From contig CBDFIY010000003.1 of assembly GCA_965248335.1 (NCBI GenBank), positions 1,758,920 to 1,822,919 on the forward strand: a stretch of DNA of 64,000 bases, written 5' to 3'. Origin of the DNA: Pseudomonadales bacterium (lineage in GTDB: Bacteria > Pseudomonadota > Gammaproteobacteria > Pseudomonadales > DT-91). Shown here piece by piece: positions 20,941-28,600 of the stretch (its first letter is position 1; each line of letters opens with the position of its first letter). Both the position numbers and the translations under genes were made by a program. The notes beneath the pieces are model-generated. The model saw nothing but the letters and a program-made list of their open reading frames with translations. It was not told where the DNA came from and searched no databases.

Positions 20941-21068
20941 TATACCCATCGGAATTGGAGATGCAAGAAGGCGGCAAGCGAGCGAATCCCCATGAGCTTA
21001 CAGTCAGTAAGTGATTGGGGTGAGCGAGCGCGGCCAACGCCCTTACATCTTCAAGGGTAATCGGTATA
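20941..21068 (+). repeat. MITE-like intergenic repeat, copy A (128 bp).
   Basis: TATACCCATCGGAATTGGAG...CTTCAAGGGTAATCGGTATA. Near-identical copies at 36472..36599, 38953..39079 (inverted) and 40955..41081. Confidence 0.75.
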
Positions 21069-21140
21069 AGCGATAGTAGTAAGGTTTTATCAGTAGAAGT
21101 GGCTCGCTCATTGTTATGGCTCGTTATATAATGCGTAATT

Positions 21141-22121
21141 TTGTATGCTCATTGTGTAAAGCCTATGCCAATCAATAAAGATAAATTGCTACAAGGTGGT
21201 CGTCGGGATCTTGCTAAATCGATTACGCTAGTAGAAAGTAAGCGTGATCAAGATCGTTTAGCGAGCCAAGCTTTGTTAGAGGAAGTGCTTCCTCATTCTG
21301 GTAAGAGTATTCGCATTGGAATTACAGGTGTGCCGGGTGTAGGTAAGTCGACCTTCATCGAAAGCTTTGGTATGCACTTGATTGCTCAAGGTAAAAAAGT
21401 TGCTGTACTGGCGGTTGACCCCAGTTCACCTGTTGCTGGTGGCAGTATTTTGGGTGATAAAACGCGTATGGAGTTATTGTCGCGTGAAGAGAATGCTTTT
21501 ATTCGCCCCAGCCCTTCACAGGGTAGTTTGGGTGGAGTGGCCAATAAAACACGAGAAACTATGTTGCTCTGTGAAGCGGCAGGCTACGATGTCATTATCG
21601 TTGAGACGGTCGGTGTCGGGCAATCTGAATACGAAGTGGCGGGGATGGTTGATTTCTTTTTAGTCTTGATGATGCCGAATGCGGGTGACGAATTACAAGG
21701 CATTAAAAAAGGCATCTTAGAATTAGCAGACTCCTTGGTGATCAATAAATGCGATGGCGAAAGTATTAATTTAGCAACGCGTAGCCAAAGTCAGTATCAA
21801 AGCGCGGTCAATCTCTTGCATTACACCAGTGCGTGGACACCGCGTGTCATGACCTGCTCTTCGCTTGAGCAACAAGGTATCCGCGAGGTGTGGGGCATGA
21901 TCATTGATTTTTATTATATGGCGATAGGGCAGAAAAGTTTCGATAAAAAGCGCGCGCGGCAAAACAGTGAATGGATGCGTAAACTTTTACATGAAATGGT
22001 TGATCTGCGCTTATCGAATAACCCTGAGGTTAAACAGTTGTTTCCTCAGTTGGAGGCGCGGGTGATTAGCGGTGTAACAACACCTTACCTTGCGGCAAAA
22101 AAACTGATCGATCTTTTATAG
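21141..22121 (+). CDS. meaB: MeaB/ArgK-family GTPase (methylmalonyl-CoA mutase accessory / LAO-AO transport ATPase).
   Basis: P-loop GITGVPGVGKST plus the ArgK family motifs (VLAVDPSSP, VIIVETVGVGQSE, INKCD). The true start may be the downstream Met (MPINKDK...). Confidence 0.8.
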   Translation: MYAHCVKPMPINKDKLLQGGRRDLAKSITLVESKRDQDRLASQALLEEVLPHSGKSIRIGITGVPGVGKSTFIESFGMHLIAQGKKVAVLAVDPSSPVAGGSILGDKTRMELLSREENAFIRPSPSQGSLGGVANKTRETMLLCEAAGYDVIIVETVGVGQSEYEVAGMVDFFLVLMMPNAGDELQGIKKGILELADSLVINKCDGESINLATRSQSQYQSAVNLLHYTSAWTPRVMTCSSLEQQGIREVWGMIIDFYYMAIGQKSFDKKRARQNSEWMRKLLHEMVDLRLSNNPEVKQLFPQLEARVISGVTTPYLAAKKLIDLL

Positions 22122-22301
22122 TTTAACTATAGTCCAACTTCCTGATAATCTGTATCTGAATAACAGTCTAGACAGGTTTTCTCGTAACGCTCAGTCATGT
22201 ATTGAGGGCGTTAGATGAAATATTCTGTAATTTTTACCCGCTTTGTTATTGCGTTAGGTGTGTGGTTTATTCACTACCTATATTTGCAGAGGTAGACGTA
22301 A

Positions 22302-23192
22302 ATGAAAATAGAAACCCTGGTGAGTGGCTTAAGCTTTACAGAGTGCCCACGTTGGCATAACGGGCGACTTTGGTATAGCGACTTTTATACCTGTGCGGTC
22401 TACAGCGTGGATAATGTAGGAAATAACAGAGTCGAACTACAACTGGACGACCAACCAGCGGGTTTAGGTTGGATGCCTAATGGTGATTTACGCGTGGTAT
22501 CCCAAATAAAAAAGAAACTTTTGGGATACGATGGCGCAACTATTTATGAAGTTGCAGATTTATCTTCATTGGCTAATGGTAACTGTAACGACATGGTGGT
22601 TGCATCCGATGGGGGTGCTTATATTGGGAATTTTGGTTTTGATTTCCATGCTCCCGAGTTCCGGCCAGCGCCGGCGACACTCGTCTATGTATCTTCCACG
22701 GGCGAGATCTCAGTAGCGGCAGAGGAAATGTGTTTTCCTAATGGTTCGGTTATTCTTGATTCAGGGAAAACAGATGTAAATAAGACCTTAGTTGTGGCCG
22801 AGTCGATGGGGCATTGCCTGACCGCATTCTCTATTGCCAATGATGGCACTTTGTCAGATCGACGTATTTGGGCCAACTTAGGTAGGCCCATGCAGGATGA
22901 TTACACTATGGCGAACTTTAACCTCGATGCCATTCCGCTTGGTGCTATTACACCTGATGGCATAGCGGCTGATGCGGAAGGTGGTATTTGGGTCGCAACG
23001 GTGAAAAATGAATTATTAAGAGTTATTGAGGATGGTGAGATCACGCAGCGTATTGAATTTGATCAAGCCGTGATTGCTTGTGCTGTCGGTGATGATGGCT
23101 CGCTGTACGTTTGTACTACCGCGCACTTAACGCCATCCGAGTGCCTTAAATATCGCAGCGCCCGTATTGATCGCGTTGTTTTTAGGGGCTAA
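22302..23192 (+). CDS. SMP-30/gluconolactonase/LRE-family beta-propeller protein.
   Basis: 296 aa. The N-terminus (LSFTECPRWHNGRLWYSD) and repeated blade motifs are typical of the regucalcin/gluconolactonase family. Confidence 0.7.
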   Translation: MKIETLVSGLSFTECPRWHNGRLWYSDFYTCAVYSVDNVGNNRVELQLDDQPAGLGWMPNGDLRVVSQIKKKLLGYDGATIYEVADLSSLANGNCNDMVVASDGGAYIGNFGFDFHAPEFRPAPATLVYVSSTGEISVAAEEMCFPNGSVILDSGKTDVNKTLVVAESMGHCLTAFSIANDGTLSDRRIWANLGRPMQDDYTMANFNLDAIPLGAITPDGIAADAEGGIWVATVKNELLRVIEDGEITQRIEFDQAVIACAVGDDGSLYVCTTAHLTPSECLKYRSARIDRVVFRG

Positions 23193-23530
23193 CAATTTTA
23201 TGGGGTTTAGCTGATAAAAGCGTTATTCCTTCTTTAATCCATTCACTAGTTTTTTCTTTTTTAGCCGGAAAAGTATCCAGCGATGCCTTTTCGGAATTTC
23301 CCTGCCCCCCAGATATGCCACGATTCATTCGAGTCAATAATTTCCATTTTAGTACATTCTTACTTGTTTGTCTTGATGTCAGATGGGGTGGCTAGGGGTA
23401 AATAATGCCCTGTATTTCAATAAAAATATTTATTTGCTTTTTACTGGTTTGTCTGTTTTGAGTAAATAGTATTTTTATATTAGTTAAATAAATTACGAAT
23501 TATTTTATTTTTATGTTGTCGTAATGTTGG

Positions 23531-23887
23531 ATGGTGCTTGGAATACGAATTATGGAAATAGTGATTAATTTTACAATCTGTATTTTTATATGTTTAGTTT
23601 TTTCTGTACTTGGTGGCGATGATGATTATCAGCTTGAAAATTTGCTTGCTGTTAGTGCTGCTAGGAAAAATATTAAAAATAAAGCTCCCCTTCCTCCTGC
23701 AGTTGCACTAAGTGACTTCTCAACTGTAAAAGTAATCGATATGAAAAATTTACCTCTTAAGGAACGAAAGCGAATAGTCCAAACGCCTCCTCCCGATGAG
23801 TCTACAGAAAACAGTGATTCTAATGTTGATGCTAAATTATCTCTTGTAAATCAGAATCCAGATAAGAAAATTTATTATTACCGGTAG
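23531..23887 (+). CDS. Hypothetical small membrane-anchored protein (118 aa) in an AT-rich stretch.
   Basis: ORF only. It has an N-terminal hydrophobic segment and no known family. The surrounding 23340..23900 is very AT-rich. Confidence 0.2.
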   Translation: MVLGIRIMEIVINFTICIFICLVFSVLGGDDDYQLENLLAVSAARKNIKNKAPLPPAVALSDFSTVKVIDMKNLPLKERKRIVQTPPPDESTENSDSNVDAKLSLVNQNPDKKIYYYR

Positions 23888-23919
23888 ATTTCAACATACT
23901 TGTCGCCTAAAGTTTACTT

Positions 23920-24996
23920 TTATGCCGCCTGATTTATTTCCCTATTACTTTTAGATTTCCCTGGGTTTAAATAAACCTCAGCAATGTGATCCCAGTTTCT
24001 AATGTCGCCACTCCATCGCTCTGGGTGCGCCATTTTCGCCTGTAGATAAACAGCTTTACGGTTGATTAAGATAATTCTATCTTGCTTCGTATGACGCTCT
24101 ACAGGCGTGACATATTTTATGCTGCTGTGTCTGTGCTCATGATTATACCAATCAGCAAATCCATTCACCCATTTTCGTGCTAAATCTAAACCCTCAAAGG
24201 CTTTTTCTGGGTATTCTGGTCGATACTTAAGTGTTCTAAATAATGACTCAGAATAAGGGTTATCATTACTAACAGAGGGGCGGCTAAACGACGGAGCAAC
24301 CCCTAATTCTTGCAGTGTCGCTAGCATTGTTGCGCCTTTCATCGGGCTACCGTTGTCCGAATGTAAGATCACCTGATTCGGCTTAATCCCTTCACGTAAG
24401 CAAATATCTGTCATTAAATCTGCGGCCAATGCACTGCTTTCTTGTTCATATACCTGCCAACCAACAATCTTTCGGCTATAAATATCCATGACAAGATACA
24501 AGTAATAAAACAAGCCTTTTACCGTTGTTGGTAAATACGTAATATCCCAACTATAAATCTGATTCGGGCCTGTGGCCGTCAACGATTCAGGTTTTGTAAT
24601 AACTCTGGCAGGCTTACTTCTCAGCCGATGCTTATCTTGTTTATGTGCTTTTAACACACGGTAAATAGTGGATTCAGATGCGATGTACACACCTTTATCT
24701 GCAAGCATTGGCACGATGACGCTGGGCGATAAATTCGCGTATTCAGGTTGGTTGCAGACCTGAATAATACGCTGTCTCTCAAGCTCACTGAGCTTATTAC
24801 AAGGGCTGTGCTTGGCTGACAAACGACCATCTTCATCGCCCTCTGGTCGCGCCCAGCGCTGTAATGTTTTTGGTGTAATGCCTATAATATCGCAAGCCTG
24901 CCTTTGCCTAGCACCATTGGATCGAGCCTCGCTAATCAAGTGAATAATATCATCACGCTCTTGTTTCACTATTAGCTGGCCTCGTCGCTTTCCCAT
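23920..24996 (-). CDS. IS3-family transposase OrfB (integrase catalytic core, DDE).
   Basis: rve-type domain (WDITYLPT, LHSDNGSPM, YNHEHRHSS). The frame is open upstream into the orfA overlap. Confidence 0.85.
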   Translation of the reverse strand: MGKRRGQLIVKQERDDIIHLISEARSNGARQRQACDIIGITPKTLQRWARPEGDEDGRLSAKHSPCNKLSELERQRIIQVCNQPEYANLSPSVIVPMLADKGVYIASESTIYRVLKAHKQDKHRLRSKPARVITKPESLTATGPNQIYSWDITYLPTTVKGLFYYLYLVMDIYSRKIVGWQVYEQESSALAADLMTDICLREGIKPNQVILHSDNGSPMKGATMLATLQELGVAPSFSRPSVSNDNPYSESLFRTLKYRPEYPEKAFEGLDLARKWVNGFADWYNHEHRHSSIKYVTPVERHTKQDRIILINRKAVYLQAKMAHPERWSGDIRNWDHIAEVYLNPGKSKSNREINQAA

Positions 24997-25493
24997 ATTT
25001 CGTGGACTTTTTTTTGGAGTACTAGCAGCGCTGCTGTTTCAGCTAATGCCTTATCTTTACGGTTTAACTCCTTTTTTAGTAACTTAATGTCATTTTTAAA
25101 TTGCTTATTCTCACTTTGAATTTCTGAAGCAGTCGATAGGGGCTTATTCTTGATAAAATCACCTCTCCATTGGTTGATATGATGTGGGTATATTCCTTTC
25201 TCTCGGCAAAGCTGGCTGATGTCCTCGACGCTCAAAGATCCGCAGGCAATGACCATATTCAAACGTTCTTCAGCGCTCCAATCTTGGGGCCTTTTTTCTT
25301 TAACCATGGTCATTACCCCACCATCTAATGGTTGATTAAGCCGTTGCTCTTTAGCCTGTCTAATCCATTTTTGTAACGTCGAATGGCCAATACCTAAGTT
25401 TTCAGCCACATCCTTGATGCTCATACATTCTTGTCGGCTCAATGCCTTTTCTATTGCCTGTATCTTAAACGAATGGGTAAACGATTTTCTCAT
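24972..25493 (-). CDS. IS3-family transposase OrfA (HTH + leucine zipper).
   Basis: HTH MSIKDVAENLGIGHSTLQKW. It overlaps orfB, and an A8G slippery run lies about 35 nt before its stop. Confidence 0.85.
   Translation of the reverse strand: MRKSFTHSFKIQAIEKALSRQECMSIKDVAENLGIGHSTLQKWIRQAKEQRLNQPLDGGVMTMVKEKRPQDWSAEERLNMVIACGSLSVEDISQLCREKGIYPHHINQWRGDFIKNKPLSTASEIQSENKQFKNDIKLLKKELNRKDKALAETAALLVLQKKVHEIWESDEAS
25007..25016 (-). promoter_or_regulatory. Candidate -1 programmed ribosomal frameshift site (A AAA AAA G) joining orfA and orfB.
   Basis: The plus strand has C-T8-GG at 25007..25017. On the coding strand this is CCAAAAAAAAG, the canonical IS3 A6G-type slippery heptamer inside the orfA 3' end. 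Confidence 0.6.
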
Positions 25494-25644
25494 TTTTTAT
25501 GCCTCTAATTAAAATTTTAGAGGCGACAAGTATCCTGACACAGGGGGTTACCCACTGTGGAAAAGAATGTTCTGTTGCTGTTGGATTAAATGCGAGCAAA
25601 AGCTGGCTGCGCATCAAATGAGAACTTTTATAGATGATCAGTAA

Positions 25645-28600
25645 TCATGCTATGTTAATATTTTTTAGTTTCTCTGCAATGGCAATCATCTTGTCATGAT
25701 TCTTCAAATCAATATCCAGCTTTTTATCCATACTTTGTACCAGTGGTGAAAGGCTGTACTCGATACTTTCGGCCAAGGCATGCAGTACTTTTTGGATGCC
25801 GGGCACCGGTTGATTGACCACTTGTACATCCGTTTTATTTGCTGCAAATATTTTTGCCATTAACGCGAGGCTTTGTCTGTCCATCGTGAGTGAGGGGGTA
25901 GACGAAGAGTTATCTAACGCAGATAATAATGCTTTTATGCTATCGGGGTGAAGACGGAGATTATTTTCACTGTTGTCCGTTGAACTTTGGGTAACTTGCT
26001 CAGCCGTTTGATTGAGCTGCTTAAAGCCACTGACAAGATCAACAAGCTGTGCGACCACTTTACTGCCTACATCGGCATCATCACCGCCCATGGCTTTGTT
26101 GCGAAGAAAGTCTGCTTTAATGGCTTTCCAGCGCTCGGTCTCTTCTGCTGTCATATTGCCGCGCAGTTCGGCCAATTTAAGTAAATTCGCTTCCGCACCA
26201 GCGGTTAATAGCTGCGCTTCGCCCACATAGTGATCGGCAATCAGCGTCAAGAGTTCATCGTCATTCATCACGGCCGAGACTTTCTCGGTCATTTTGTTCA
26301 TGTTTCGGTAGCTACCTTGTAATTTAAACGCAGGCTCCGTGCGGTATTGATTATCTTGCGCGGCAGATTGGATATATTGTTGATTCACGTTGAGAATCAC
26401 CTCTTGCACCACAAACAGTTTTTTGAAAACAGTGACGATTTCATCCAGCTCTGCACCGCTGTAAGGGTGGCTAAGGGCATGGGTTGAGACCTCTTTGCCT
26501 TGTGCCATGGCGATCAAATGATAGATGTCTTGCATTTCGCGCAGTGCTAAAGGAGCTAAAACGGGGTGTGAGGTGAGTGCGTTCTCGACATAACTGAGGG
26601 AAAAGGGTTCTTCCATGCCGCCTAAAACATCACCGAGATTATAAATATCAGCACGGTTGGCGAGCATGTCCGGTACTTTAAACACATCACCGGATTCGGT
26701 GTAAGGGTTACCGGCCATCACCACGCAAAATTTACGGCCACGCATGTCATAGGTTTTGGTTTGCCCTTGCCAGATGCCTTCGATACGACGTGTGCCATCG
26801 CAGAGCGAGATAAATTTTTGTAAAAACTCGGGGTCTGTGTGCTGAATATCGTCTAAATACAGCATCACGTTGTCACCCATCTCTAAGGCTAAATTGAGTT
26901 TGATGAGTTCTTGTGCAGCGGTGGAATTCGGGGCTGTAGCCGGATCGAGTGAAACGACTTCATGGCCTAAAGACGGGCAGTTGATTTTCATGAAAATCAA
27001 CCCTAAGCGGCTGGCGACGTATTCCATTAAGGTCGTTTTACCGTAGCCTGGGGGGCTGATCATCATCAACAATCCCATTAAGTCGGTGCGTTTTTTATCG
27101 CCTAATGCGCCCATTTGTTTTGCCAAGTTATCGCCAATGATCGGCAAATAAGCTTCGTTAATTAAGCGGTTACGTACAAACGAACTTAATGGTTTAGGTG
27201 TGAACTCATGCAAGCGTAGTTTTTCGCGCTCTTCGCTGATGATGTTTTTTCGCACTGCTAGATAGCGTTGGTAAGCCGGAATAATCACAGTTTTATGTTG
27301 GGCTAAACGCTGTAAAAATTCATCCAATGAGAGGCGTAAGCTCCGGTCTTTTATGCGCGCATGGCTGCCCATTAAACCGGTGATGGTGCTGTCGATTACC
27401 GCGTCGTTACGTCGGTAGCTGAGTTGTGACTCAGACAATAAAATCGCGCAGGCTTCGGGGATATAATGCGCGAGTCCTTCTTGCGGTTGATCCGACAGCA
27501 GGGCAGTTAACCAAGCCGTAGCCAGTTGCCACTGTTCGCCGACCTGATCGTTGAGGTGGCTTAATGCTTGGCGTAATGTTTTCCAAAGATCATCGGTGAG
27601 TGCTGTTTTTAAGCTGTCGATTAAGCGTAAACCTTGCTGACTTTGGATGAATGCACAGTTGGGGCGGCCGAGTTCATGCGCGAGATAATCAGCGGCTTGA
27701 TGCAGCGTGCCCTCATCGACAGGCAGTGCGTGGCTTGTGGCGAATAGGGTTAATTGCGTGCTGACTTCGGCGGTGAAGAGATTTATCGCCTCAAGGCTGC
27801 CAAAGTGGTCTTTCATTTGTTGTGCTGATTGCGCACGTTGAAGAAAGTTTTGCGTGGTGATGTCGGTTTTACCCTGACAAGCAGCAAGCCAAAATACTTG
27901 GGCAACAGCGCGTATGAGCGGGCTAAATCTGAGCAGGTCTGCATGGGCTAACGCGGGAAGTAGCGCTTGTAGAATCTTTTTCGCATCCTCATCATGAATG
28001 CCTTTTTGGTAGCCTTCTTGGTAACGGGGTGCAGCAAAATCGCGCACCAGTGCGGTTAGAGCGGCCTCATCCAAACGCGCGGCGTCGAGTTTTTCGAGCG
28101 TCAAATCGTCTTTGTGATGTTGTGCCGCATCAAGAATTTCATACGCCAGAAATTCTGCACGATAGACTTGATCGGTTTCCGAGATTTGGTTCATTGACCA
28201 ATAATCTTTCAGCGCTAATAACTCAGGGTGATCGATCTTTTCAAAATACTGGGTGCCCGTGATGTGGCAATAGAGATCGCCCTCACGCGGAATAATGGTG
28301 AGATCTAGGGGTTGCGTATTGACGCTGAATTTATGCCGCGGCCCGAGCTTGATGACGTTGCCGCCTTCTTCATAAATATCGGTTTTGTCGCGTAAGGCGC
28401 GCAGTGCTTGTTCTTTGATTGCAGCAAATCCTGAGGCGATTTCATCGGCTTTGACGTTGCTGTCGAGTGCGCGTAATTGCTCGATCAGATCACGTACCTT
28501 GATCACCAGTGCATCCGAGGAAAAGTAGGTGTGTAGGGCCTGTGCTTCGTTCATTTTGAGCGAGCGTCTTTCCATGTTTTTTAACATGCGTTGCGCTGCA

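Larger units (their letters stand above)
23893..25552 (-). mobile_element. IS3-family element (orfA + orfB). Bounds are approximate.
   Basis: Terminal inverted repeats share GGCGACAAGTAT (about 23900..23915 and about 25525..25545). It encloses the overlapping orfA and orfB. Confidence 0.7.
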
